Shown piece after piece: positions 45,787 to 56,488 of a stretch of DNA of 61,511 nucleotides (the stretch's first letter is position 1; every line of letters starts with the position of its first letter). The stretch comes from Pseudacidobacterium sp. GTDB lineage: Bacteria; Acidobacteriota; Terriglobia; Terriglobales; Acidobacteriaceae. The notes below the pieces were generated by a model. That model searched no databases. It was not told the origin of the DNA and saw only the letters and a program-made list of their open reading frames with translations. The stretch covers positions 1 through 61,511 of the forward strand of contig DATAQW010000424.1 in the NCBI GenBank assembly GCA_036264445.1, given 5' to 3'. Position numbers and translations under genes: made by a program.

Positions 45787-46958
45787 TCAATCCATCCAAA
45801 GCATAGGCTGGCGAATCGGAAAATTGCGGATGATCTCCGGCACCGTCGGATCGGGGTTGAGCGTCTTCCAGATCGTCAGATATTCGCCCTGAGAAAAAGC
45901 AAGACCTCCAAACAATAAATTGGGCTGCCGCACCGGAAGATCATCGAAATACTCCACATCGCGCCCATAAGGCCAGCGTTTCTTGTCCCGGATGTAGGGA
46001 TACATGAATGCAATTGCCTTGCCGATGCCGCGGCCGTCGGGCAACTCGTAATGCATCAAATCGGAAATCCAGCAGAGTGTGGTCATCACATCGAGATTGA
46101 AGATGGAATAGCTGTACGGTTTTGTCCGAGCCACTTCCACTGGGAAACTTCCATCAGGCTTCATCTGCGCGGGGAGAAGAACGGTTTTGCAGCGATCTGC
46201 GGCGTATTGCATCAGGTCGCGGTTGCCAGTGAGCTGTGCAAATGCCGCTACCTGCAATACCCAGCATGTGCCGTGGTTATTTTTCGCCTCGCGTTCCTCA
46301 ATGCCGTTTTTTGAGGTCGTCATCCATTCCAGATAGTCCGCGAACCATTTGCGCGTGCCGTCAGCGACCTGTTTATCAAGTGCATTGCCGTCAGCAAGCA
46401 CCTTGGTTGCGCGAGCCACTTCGACCAGATGCAGCGTATCAATGATCCCAGTACCGCGCCCGGGCGTGATTCCATGAATGGCCTGCGCATATCGAAGATT
46501 CGGATTCATCCGGGTTTCCGGATCAATAAACCATGCGCGAAGGTGCGCGGCAGCATGATCAGAGTATTTTTTATTGCGGGTCAGCCGCCATCCCGCAGCG
46601 AGCGCCGGCATTTGCAGGCTCAGCCGGATCAGTGCATCACGGTGCGCGACAAAATTTTCAGGGTTACTCATCCCGTCGCGTCGCATATAGGGGCCATCCG
46701 GAGTTTTGGGATCAGGCCACCAGTAGTCGCCTTCGGAAAAATAATCGTGCCTGCCCCCAGCGCTGCGTGGCGAACTGGATACAGTGATGGTGACGGGCTT
46801 CTCGTTCAGATACACAGTCGCCGCATGAAGTACGCGATCGTGGTCAATCGCGTCAACGTCAATGAGTCTGGATTCGCTGAAACTGCACAGAGATGGAGGA
46901 AGCATCACGGCGCCAGCGCGCTGCCGGACAACACACAAAACTTTCTACGCGAAAGCAT
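45787..46958 (-). CDS. Alginate lyase family protein. The Tat signal peptide is out of frame (apparent 1-nt deletion near 46912).
   Basis: HDYFSEGDYWWPDP, RMNPNLRYAQ, NNHGT, RTKPYSYS. Upstream MLSRRKFCVLSGSALA lies in a different frame. Confidence 0.8.
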
Positions 46959-47036
46959 CACGCAAATGAGTATTCCAGCTTGCTGTCGCCCATGACTGAA
47001 TATTTTGTCAATGCGTACCGAGCTAAGGTACACACT

Positions 47037-47633
47037 TCAAGCGCGTACAGACGGTGTCGGAGCGCTTCCGCGAAACAGACGTCGCATGAACTGCGCTATC
47101 GAATCAAAAACACCTTCGGACTGCGACTCCGGCTCGCAGTTCTGCCCGCTCGCGGCAAGCAGATGGCGCTCCACCTGTGTGCGGAGTTCTTCTACCTGCA
47201 GCACGCACTGGCGCATATATGCAGAAACGGAAAGATTCGCTTCTGCCGCTCGGCTTTTGAACAAGCTTCGTTCCGCATCCGTCACGCGGATGGAGAGCAT
47301 CGACGAACGCCGCTCGACGGTCAAGGAGGACGAACGCTGGATAGTAGGCACAATCGCGATTTGTTTTTCAAGCGTCTGACGAAAATCCGGTTTCTCGATA
47401 GGAGCGGCTGCAACCATCGCCGTTCCGCGTTTGTCCTGATGATCTTTACCCGCTGGTTTTCGATTCGTGTCAGAAACTTCGGCAGGCGCATCGCGGCGGC
47501 TTGATCGCTTTGCCTCTTCATAGGAGACCTCGCGAACGCCGGTTTTTGTGGAAGCTGGTTTCTGTTTTCCAGCCCATGCCTGGAAGCGGCTTACGATGGC
47601 GGTGATGTCTTCAACCGCTGGCTGTGTACTCAT
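47037..47633 (-). CDS. Hypothetical protein with MobC/MobA-like ribbon-helix-helix domain
   Basis: LSIRVTDAERSLFKSRAAEANLSVSAYMRQC followed by a short coiled coil. Confidence 0.7.
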   Translation of the reverse strand: MSTQPAVEDITAIVSRFQAWAGKQKPASTKTGVREVSYEEAKRSSRRDAPAEVSDTNRKPAGKDHQDKRGTAMVAAAPIEKPDFRQTLEKQIAIVPTIQRSSSLTVERRSSMLSIRVTDAERSLFKSRAAEANLSVSAYMRQCVLQVEELRTQVERHLLAASGQNCEPESQSEGVFDSIAQFMRRLFRGSAPTPSVRA

Positions 47634-48263
47634 AGGCCGAGTGTATGCCGGCAGACGGGCGCGCCAGCGGTGCTTAAAACAAGAAACTGTGCGGCTCAAA
47701 CCGGAATGGAACTGTATACCCGTTTCGAAAATCAATCCGTATCTGCAGTTCGGCAGATTTGCAAAAATACCTACGCAAAAAATCCTCGATCATTTATCGA
47801 CGACAAATTTCACAATGGGGTGGCCCCAGTAACGCTGGAATCAACTTTCGCCACCAACGATGGAAAGAATTCGCACAGCAAGCGGCAACTGGTGACCTTC
47901 CCCCTTGCAATCATATCCGTGTGCGTTACAATACATGCCAGAATTACGGGACATCCTGATTCCTCTACCGATTCCGCGGAAGGTCTGTGTAAGTCTTCGC
48001 GTGGTTCATCTGCCTACATAAGAAAGGCTAGCCGAATCTGAGGTTTTTTGAGATACCTCGATTCGCTCCGTACACCAGTACGGCATCAAAGCCAAGCGGT
48101 TGCGATACGCCAGCTCCGCTCTTTGATTTGCCATGCGATGCTGATTTCCCCAGGTCCGGATGCACGTTGTAAAGAATAGCCGGACAAGCTACATGCCTGC
48201 TGTGGTCTCCGTTCTCAAAATTGGATCCAGCCTTTACGCGGCTGACCACGATGGAGCATTTTT

Positions 48264-48632
48264 ATGGACCGGCGAGTTGAAACTGCAATCGAGACGATTC
48301 ACAAAGAGATTCATCGCAATGTTCCGGTGAATGAATTAGCACAGCGGGTCCGGCTTTCCACCTGCCACTTTATCCGGTTATTCAAGTCTGAGACTTCGCT
48401 CTCACCAAAGCAGTATGTGCGCTGCATCCGAATGAAACAGGCTGAAACCCTGCTCAAGGGATCCTTCCTGAGTGTTAAGGAGATTGCCGCTAGTCTGGGC
48501 GCTGGAGACAGGAGCCACTTCAGCCGCGATTTCAAAAAGAAGTATGGTCAGGCGCCTACGAACTTCAGAGGGCTCGATGATGCAGTTTCAGACTTCGAAG
48601 GTCGAGATCAGGATAGGGACATTTCCGAATAA
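48264..48632 (+). CDS. Stand-alone AraC-family HTH regulator
   Basis: ELAQRVRLSTCHFIRLFK..SPKQY, SVKEIA and HFSRDFKKKYG..P. GGAG RBS. Confidence 0.9.
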   Translation: MDRRVETAIETIHKEIHRNVPVNELAQRVRLSTCHFIRLFKSETSLSPKQYVRCIRMKQAETLLKGSFLSVKEIAASLGAGDRSHFSRDFKKKYGQAPTNFRGLDDAVSDFEGRDQDRDISE

Positions 48633-48900
48633 GGCTGAGTAACTTCCCGCCACAGAAAAACAACATTCGCTACTCAGCCGGTAACACCCGTCAATTCCAG
48701 CTACAGAACGACTGCATACGCTACTGTTTGACAATTGCCTCGCGCATATACCCTCTTTACACTTTCATCCGGCTACCACTTCCATGCTTTCGAGAAAAAC
48801 GATTGTCTTAATGCCAGCGTGAGCTAGAGCACGCAAACGCCAAATCACGGGGCGCGAAAAGAAACCGTCTCTTTCACAAGTCGATGTAAAGGACACTACG

Positions 48901-50433
48901 ATGAAAAGCCCTCTCCCCCAGATTCTGAGCAAGATTCGTTCGCTACAACTGAAATTGCCAATGCGAGCCATTACTCTCGTTATGACGGCCTCAATCTTCG
49001 CGCTGCTGACCCCGACTACGATGAAATTAGTGCTGGCCGAAGGACAGTCAACATCATCTGCTGCAACGCAGTCTGCACATGATCCCGGCGTGCGCACGGA
49101 TGCGGTTGATGCCGGCCATCCGATTGCAAATCTTGCACAGACTCCCGGAGCCACCGAGTTCTTCTCGAATGGGCAAGGGCGCTTCCAGAACGTTGAAGTG
49201 GTTCGAGGAGGGAGCAATAACGGCCTCGGGCCACGGTTTAACAGCAACCAGTGTTCGAACTGCCATGCCCAGCCATCTGCGGGCGGGACGAGTCCGAGCA
49301 GCACTGTCTACCCATTTATCGGGCCTAATCCTGAGACGCTGGTTGCCAATCTCGATGGTGCTACCAACACAATTCCATCTTTTATTACTGCTGACGGGCC
49401 GGTGCGCGAGGCGAGGTTTGTTCACTTTCTGAATTCGAACGGCACCGTCAGCTCTACTCCCGACGGCGGCGTACATGATTTGTTTACGATCACAGGTCGT
49501 TCTGATGCAGCGGGGTGCACATTGGCTCAACCTGCCTTCTCTAAAAACCTCTCTCTGGGGAATGTGATCTTCCGCATTCCGACTCCTGTGTTTGGTGCTG
49601 GTTTAATCGAAAACATTTCGGATGAGACCATTCTGAGCAATATGCGAGCGAATGCATCACAGAAATCGCAGCTCAGAATCTCGGGTCATCCCAATCAGAA
49701 CGGGAATGACGGCACGATTGCGCGTTTTGGCTGGAAGGCCCAGAACAAGTCGCTCGAGATGTTCTCCGGCGAAGCCTACAACGTGGAAATGGGCGTCACG
49801 AACGAGCTCTTTCAAAATGAACGCCCAAGCCCAGACGAGGAGCAACAGAGCGGCCTACCTGCTGCCTGCAAATTCAATCCCACGCCTGAAGACGCAACCA
49901 ATTTCTCCGTAGCCGACAACTCCGACCTGACGGCCCAGAATGCGCAAGTGCCATCTGACGTCGTGCAGTTTGCCATGTTCATGCGCCTGCTGGCGCCGCC
50001 AACACCTTCGACTACAGGTATTCCTGGCAATCCTTCCACTACTTCGATCGCCAACGGCAAACAGGATTTCACCAATGTGGGATGCGCGCTGTGCCACACG
50101 CCGACGCTGACTACGGGGGCATCCAGCTTTGTCGCGGCGCTCAATCATGCGAATGCGAATCTCTATTCTGACTTGCTTGTTCACAGCATGGGCACCAATC
50201 TGGCGGATGGCGTCACCCAAGGCAGCGCAGGACCAAGCCAATTCCGCACCGCACCGCTCTGGGGCCTCGGGCAGCGCATCTACTTTTTGCACGATGGGCG
50301 CACGACTGACCTGCTCGATGCAATCCAAGCGCACGCGAGCTCGGGCTCCGAAGCCAATGCAGTGATTAACAACTTTAATAGTCTGACCCAGAGCCAGCAG
50401 CAGGACCTGCTGAACTTCCTGCGGTCGTTATAA
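48901..50433 (+). CDS. Exported di-heme oxidoreductase family (DHOR / thiol-oxidoreductase-like) protein
   Basis: GLGPRFN..CSNCH, RFGWKA, CALCH, YSDLLVH and FRTAPLWG..LHDGR. Confidence 0.88.
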   Translation: MKSPLPQILSKIRSLQLKLPMRAITLVMTASIFALLTPTTMKLVLAEGQSTSSAATQSAHDPGVRTDAVDAGHPIANLAQTPGATEFFSNGQGRFQNVEVVRGGSNNGLGPRFNSNQCSNCHAQPSAGGTSPSSTVYPFIGPNPETLVANLDGATNTIPSFITADGPVREARFVHFLNSNGTVSSTPDGGVHDLFTITGRSDAAGCTLAQPAFSKNLSLGNVIFRIPTPVFGAGLIENISDETILSNMRANASQKSQLRISGHPNQNGNDGTIARFGWKAQNKSLEMFSGEAYNVEMGVTNELFQNERPSPDEEQQSGLPAACKFNPTPEDATNFSVADNSDLTAQNAQVPSDVVQFAMFMRLLAPPTPSTTGIPGNPSTTSIANGKQDFTNVGCALCHTPTLTTGASSFVAALNHANANLYSDLLVHSMGTNLADGVTQGSAGPSQFRTAPLWGLGQRIYFLHDGRTTDLLDAIQAHASSGSEANAVINNFNSLTQSQQQDLLNFLRSL

Positions 50434-50440
50434 AGGCTAC

Positions 50441-50474
50441 AAAGTGAGGCATAGCGATCGCTATGCCTCACTTT
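50441..50474. terminator. 34-bp perfect palindrome, probable bidirectional terminator
   Basis: AAAGTGAGGCATAGCGATCGCTATGCCTCACTTT between convergent stops. Confidence 0.75.
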
Positions 50475-50489
50475 ATGTTTCATTAGGAA

Positions 50490-53300
50490 TCAACCGGTAT
50501 TTCGCAGTCCCGCTGAGATGCCGTTAATCGTGCTGGCGATGGCACGATTGATCTCTTCTGTGTCTTCGCCCCCGCGTTTGCGGCGCAGCAGGTCAACCTG
50601 AATCAGGCTCATCGGATCAACATACGGATTACGCAGGCGGATCGAACGCGCCAGAACCTGATTTCTTTCAAGCAATTCTCTCTGACCCGTAACCGCGAGC
50701 ACTGCCGCGTGCGTACGGTTGAACTCGGATTCAATCTTCGAGAAAACGCGCCTACGGGTTTCTGCCTCCGGCACAAGCGCAGCATAGAGCGACGCAATGC
50801 CAAGATCGGCCTTGGCCATCGCCATCTCGACATTGCGGATAAGATCGATGAAGAGCGGGAATTCCGCCATCATGGTACAAAGCAGTTTTTGACCGCCTGG
50901 TTTCTTCAAATACTGCTCGATGGCATAGCCAACGCCAAACCAGCCGGGAACTAGATGCCGGCTCTGCGTCCAGCCGAAGACCCAGGGAATCGCCCGCAGA
51001 TCGGCAAAGCTCGGACGTCCTCCACGACGCGCAGGACGTGAGCCTATCTTCGCATGTTCCAATTCTCCAACTGGAGTTGCAGTCTCAAAATAACGCAGTA
51101 CCTCTGGGTCATCGATAATCTGCTCGCGATAAAAATGAAACGCAGACTCCGACAACTCATCGAGGGCCTTTTCCCATTCAGGGAGCAGAACTCCTGACTG
51201 ATGTCCATTCGGATCGAGCGTATTCGGACGAGCCAGCGCATCGAGCGATGCGGCAATCATCAACTCAAGATTGCGCTCGGCAAGCACCACATCCGAATAC
51301 TTCCAATTCAGCACTTCACCTTGTTCGGTGATGCGAATCTGTCCTTCGAATGCTCCAACAGGCTGCGCGTAGATTGAGCGATGCGTTGGTCCGCCGCCGC
51401 GTCCGACAGTTCCACCTCGTCCGTGAAAGAGGCGCAATTTAACACCACATTCGCGCGCCACCTCATGCAGGGCGCGATGGGCGCGGAAAATCTCCCATGT
51501 GCTGGTGAGCATGCCCCCATCTTTGTTCGAGTCGGAGTAACCAAGCATGATCTCCTGCGTGTTGTTCCACGATGTGAGCAAGGTGCGATATTCGGGCAGG
51601 TTCCACAGCGTGCGACAGACTTCCGGTGCATTGCGTAGATCATCGATTGACTCAAAGAGAGGCACCGGCATCAGGCCTGGATCGTTACCGCGGGCCGCTG
51701 TTTCTACACCGCCCAGCCGCGCCAGCCATAGCACTCCGAGCACGTCCTCTACTCCACTTGCGCCGCTGATGACGTATTGGCGAATCGCCTCAGGGCTGCA
51801 GCCTGCCTTTACCTCGGCCACAGTGCGCAGCGTCGCAATTACGTCCGCGCTTTCCTTGTTCAGATTCTGCGGAACTGCATCTGCATTCCCCGCGCACCAT
51901 GCCGAGGCTTCCGTCAGAGCTTTCTTGTGGATCCTTGCATGCTGTCGAATATCGAGCGTATGCAGGTGCAGGCCAAATGTGCGCACAAGAAGAATGAGTG
52001 GATCGACTAATGTTTGGGCAAGCCGCGAGCCCTGGTTTTCTGCAAGGCTTCTGCGCAGGATACTTAAATCATCGAGAAACTCCTGCGCATTGCAGTAGGC
52101 AGGCAATGCGGCTAGCGCTGCTTCAAGGCTATCGTCATCGGCAGCATGTTGACTCGCAGTGCGCAGCAACCGCGCATGAACGCAAACCATGAAACGGCGA
52201 TACAGCTCAAACTCGAAGCGCGCTCCGAAGACCTGTTGCGTCCCGGCGCGCAGCTCAGCAAGATATCCATGCAGGCGCTGGCTTAACTCTTCGCTGATGG
52301 GCAACTGCTGCGCTGAAGTTGTCAACAGATCAATAATGAGCTGCACCTGCTGCTCGTAATAAGCGAGGAGGCGCGCACGTGCGGCGCGGATCGATTCGCG
52401 CGTCACCTCCGGCGTGACAAACGGATTGCCGTCACGGTCGCCGCCGATCCACGAGCCAAAACCCAGCAGCAGAGGCAATTCCGAAATGTCTATCTCGATG
52501 CCATACTCACTCGCGAGCGCAGCGGAGACTTCTTCGTAGAGCTTTGGCAACGTTGCAAAGATGGAGACATCATAGTAATCGAGACCCATCTTGATCTCAT
52601 CGTTCACCGTCGGCCGGCGGCTGCGGACTTCGTCTGTCTGCCACAGGGCTGTAATCTCGGAGAGAAGCTCTTCTTCAAGGCGCGCAATCTCTTCATCAGG
52701 AACTGGGATACGGTCAAGTTGCTCCAGGAACTCGCCGATGCGGCGGCGCTTGAAGAGCACGGAGCGGCGTGCAACCTCGGTTGGGTGCGCAGTAAATACC
52801 GGCACGATGAAGATGCGGCGCAGCCAATCAAGCGCATCGTTTGCGGAGATGCCGACACGCTTCATTTCCCGGAGCGTTCCGCGCAAGGATCCGCGCTGCG
52901 CGGCGCTGTCTCCGCTTAACTGGAGCGAGAGGCGGCGGCGCTTGCGGTGGTTTGTCTCCGCCAGATTGATCAACTCGAAATAGAACGCAAAAGCACGGCT
53001 GAGTTGATAAGCCCGCTCGATGGAAACCTCCGCCACACCGCGAACGGCACGCTGCATCAGGTCTTCCGCTTCGATATCGTTGTTCGCAGCCTGTGCTTCG
53101 CGGCGTCGAATCGCTGAGGTCCGCAGCTCTTCGACTTTTTCATACAGCTCGTCGCCGGCCTGCTCACGCAATACTTCGCCGAGCAGCATTCCGAGTGAGC
53201 GGACGTCACGCCGCAGGGGCGCTTCTTTCAGATCGCCAGTGCGGGCTTCGAGTTCTGCCAGCCGCTGCGGCCAGCTTTCCGGTTTCCAAAGGAGGGGCAT
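50490..53300 (-). CDS. ppc: Phosphoenolpyruvate carboxylase
   Basis: VFTAHPTE, WIGGDRDGNP, MLGYSDSNKDGG, FHGRGGTVGRGG and terminal LRNTG. Confidence 0.98.
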   Translation of the reverse strand: MPLLWKPESWPQRLAELEARTGDLKEAPLRRDVRSLGMLLGEVLREQAGDELYEKVEELRTSAIRRREAQAANNDIEAEDLMQRAVRGVAEVSIERAYQLSRAFAFYFELINLAETNHRKRRRLSLQLSGDSAAQRGSLRGTLREMKRVGISANDALDWLRRIFIVPVFTAHPTEVARRSVLFKRRRIGEFLEQLDRIPVPDEEIARLEEELLSEITALWQTDEVRSRRPTVNDEIKMGLDYYDVSIFATLPKLYEEVSAALASEYGIEIDISELPLLLGFGSWIGGDRDGNPFVTPEVTRESIRAARARLLAYYEQQVQLIIDLLTTSAQQLPISEELSQRLHGYLAELRAGTQQVFGARFEFELYRRFMVCVHARLLRTASQHAADDDSLEAALAALPAYCNAQEFLDDLSILRRSLAENQGSRLAQTLVDPLILLVRTFGLHLHTLDIRQHARIHKKALTEASAWCAGNADAVPQNLNKESADVIATLRTVAEVKAGCSPEAIRQYVISGASGVEDVLGVLWLARLGGVETAARGNDPGLMPVPLFESIDDLRNAPEVCRTLWNLPEYRTLLTSWNNTQEIMLGYSDSNKDGGMLTSTWEIFRAHRALHEVARECGVKLRLFHGRGGTVGRGGGPTHRSIYAQPVGAFEGQIRITEQGEVLNWKYSDVVLAERNLELMIAASLDALARPNTLDPNGHQSGVLLPEWEKALDELSESAFHFYREQIIDDPEVLRYFETATPVGELEHAKIGSRPARRGGRPSFADLRAIPWVFGWTQSRHLVPGWFGVGYAIEQYLKKPGGQKLLCTMMAEFPLFIDLIRNVEMAMAKADLGIASLYAALVPEAETRRRVFSKIESEFNRTHAAVLAVTGQRELLERNQVLARSIRLRNPYVDPMSLIQVDLLRRKRGGEDTEEINRAIASTINGISAGLRNTG

Positions 53301-53347
53301 AGTTTGATTATGCCCCAGCCATTCCTCTGTAACAGCATGACGCGGTT

Positions 53348-56300
53348 CTAGTTCTCAAATTCACCCTCTGGAATCGGCAGCACATCCTTGTCGCGTGCGA
53401 TCCATACGTAGAGCGTCGGCAACAGGAAGATGCTCATGACAAGGGCAGCAATCAACCCGCCAACAATCACGATGGCGAAGGGCCGCTGAGAGTCCGATCC
53501 GATACCGTGCGACATGGCCGCAGGAAGCAGTCCAAAGGTAGCGACCAGCATCGTCATCATAATGGGGCGCAATCTTAGCACCGCGCCTTCGATCGCTGAT
53601 TCTTCGATAGAATGCCCGCGCACGCGCAGTTGGTTGATGTACTCGAGCATGATCACGCCCGTCTGCACGCAAACGCCGAAGAGTGCGAGGAAGCCTACTC
53701 CCGTTGAGACGCTGAAATGCGTTCCGGTAAGCAATAATGCCAGCAAGCCGCCGATAGGCGCCATCGCAACGCTGGCAAGGATCAGCATCGCCCACTTGAA
53801 TGACTTGAACATCGTGTACAGGATGATGAAGATGATCAGAACAGTCAGCGGCACAATGATCAACAGCCTTGCTTCCGCGCGTTTTTGACTTTGATATTCG
53901 CCTTCCCATCCTATGTGATAGCCGCGCGGAAGCTGCACCTGTTTGTTGACCTTATCGATAGCTTCTTCAACAGCGTCGCCGAGGGCGCGGCCGCGCACGC
54001 TGTATTTAATGGCGACATAACGTTCGCCGTTTTCGCGATAGATTCCCGATCCTTCGTCGGTTTCCCGGATCGTACAGAGCTGATCGAGAGAAACCCGTTC
54101 GCCTGAAGGTGATAACAAGCGAATATTCTTGATTGCCTCGCTGGTGTTTCTGTATTGAGGAAGATAACGCATCGTGAGGTTATAAACCTCCTCGCCTCTC
54201 AGAACCTGGGTAACAGGGTTGCCCCCAACTGCGGTGAAGATAGCGTTCTGCACATCTGCCACGTTGATCTGATATCGTGCGGCCTTCTGACGATCCACTT
54301 CATAGACCAGGTTAGGCTGACCTGTAACCTGAAAAACCCCGAGATCGGTAATCCCTCGGATATGACTCATAATGGCCGCGACCTGTGCAGCTTTGTCCTC
54401 TAGCGTGTGCAGGTCACTGCCATAGATTTTCGTGGCAAGCTCTCCTTTGACTCCACTGACTGCTTCCTCCATGTTGTCTTCGATCGGCTGCGAGAAGCCC
54501 CATACTACGCCCGGAAGCTTCTTTTCAAGCTGATACGTCATGGCCGCGATCAAGTTGTCTTTGTCTTCGTGGAATATTGGGCGCCACTGTTCTTTCGGCT
54601 TCAGATCCACGAAATATTCCGTATTAGAAAAACCAGTGTGGTCGGTCCCGTCATCCGGGCGGCCCACCTGGCTGGTGCATTCGGGTACTTCGGGAAAAGA
54701 GCAGAGGATAAGGCGGGCCGTGTTAGCGACCCTGATGCCTTCATCGGGTCCGGTACTCTGGGCAAGAGTGCCGCGCACCAACAGCGCGCCTTCGTCCAGA
54801 TGCGGCAGGAATTCAGAGCCGATCACTCCGCCAACCGCAAGATAGATGGCGAGAGCAAGGCCTACAGCGGCAACCCCAACGGTTACGGAGCGGTGGTGAA
54901 TCGCCCAGGTAACGCTCTTGCGGTAGCGCACCTTGATCCGCTCCATGACTGGGTTCTCCCACTCCTTTGCGCCCCTGTAAAACAGGAAACTGGCCAGGAC
55001 TGGAGCAATAACCATTGAGAAAATCAACGCTCCCATCAAAGCAAACGTCACTGTCCATGCCATCGGCCTGAAGAGACGTCCTTCTACAGACTGCAACGTA
55101 AAAATGGGCAGATAGGCCGCAATAATGATGAAGATCGCGAAGAAAACAGGCCGTTGGACTTCGTGCGCCGCATCCCGGATCTTGTCAGCCGGGGTCATGG
55201 TGCCATCGCCCTTGCGGTTGAGATGACGGACGATGTTCTCCACCATCACTACGGCGCCGTCCACGACCATGCCAAAATCCAGCGCGCCAAGCGACAGGAG
55301 ATTGGCCGGAATGCCCTTAAGGTCAAGACAAGTAGACGCGAATAACAAGGAGAAAGGGATGGTCAGGGCAACGATCAGAGCTCCACGCGCGTTGCCGAGG
55401 AAAAGGAAAAGAACAATGACAACTAAGATGATGCCCTCTGTCAGGTTATGCATGACAGTATGGGTCGTGAAACGCAGCAGATCGCTTCGGTCGATAAAGG
55501 GGACAATCTTTACCCCTTTAGGCAGAATTTGGTCATTTAAATGTTCGACCATTCTGTGGATGCCAGCAAGCACAGGCTGAGCATTCGCGCCTTTTTGCAG
55601 CAATGCGATTCCCGAAACTACATCGCTGTTATCGACAAGCTTTCCGTCCTCCCGGTGAAAGGTCTGTCCAAACTGGCCAAGCCGGATTTCCGGACCCTGC
55701 TCAACAACGGCAATGTCCTTTACCCGAAGCGCAGTACCGTTCGCGGTTGTAATGACCGTGTTTTCGATGTCCTGAAGATTGCGGACAAGGCCGACCTGGC
55801 GGATGTTGATCTGCTGTAGTCCAGCCTGGATGAAGCTGCCGCCGCCGTTGGCATTGTTATTCGCGAGTTGCTGTTCCACCTGCGAAATGCTTAGTCCATA
55901 GGAGACGAGCTTGTTCGGGTCAATGCGGACCTGATATTCGCGCGTCGGGCCGCCAAACGGGTTGGTATCCGGAATACCTGTGACGGACTTCAGATTCTTC
56001 TCAACCACCCAATCTTCGAGCGTCTTCAAATTCATCGCATCGTACTGAGGGTTGCTGCTTTGCAGCGTATAGAAGTAGATCTGGCCGACCGGGCTCCAGT
56101 CTGTGCCCATCTGCGGAACAACGCCCGCAGGTAAAGTAACCAGTGAAAGCCGCTCCAGAACGCGTTCGCGGTTCTCGAAATTCGTGGTCTCCTCGCCAAA
56201 GATCAGTTCGACGGTTGAGAGTCCGAAAATCGACCACGAGCGGACATGGGCAACGCCTGGAATACCGTTCATCACGATTTCGAGAGGAATAGTTACCTAT

Positions 56301-56488
56301 TGCTCAATTTGCTCGGCAGAGATTCCCGGCCACTGAGCAATGATGTCGACATAGTTGTTCGCAACGTCCGGATATGCTTCAACCGGCAGCCGAATGAATG
56401 AAACAATGCCCCAGACAAACAGCAGAATGGTGCCCGCGAGGACAAGAAAACGGTTCTGCAGCGCAAAATCGACAAGTTTGCGGATCAT
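53348..56488 (-). pseudogene. CusA/CzcA-family RND permease interrupted by an in-frame amber stop at codon 64
   Basis: The two ORFs are in one frame: EQIEQ*VTIPLEIVMNG (TAG at 56297-56299). Motifs LGALDFGMVVDGAVVMVEN and RLRPIMMT. Confidence 0.85.

Noticed and set aside
47037-48260. Integrated plasmid or ICE suggested by the MobC-like domain
   Set aside because: No relaxase, integrase, att-like repeats or tRNA target are seen.
56297-56299. Amber recoding (pyrrolysine or alternative genetic code)
   Set aside because: TAG is a normal stop in several genes here (ending 2034, 11015, 13480, 17163), and no pyl genes or suppressor tRNA are visible.
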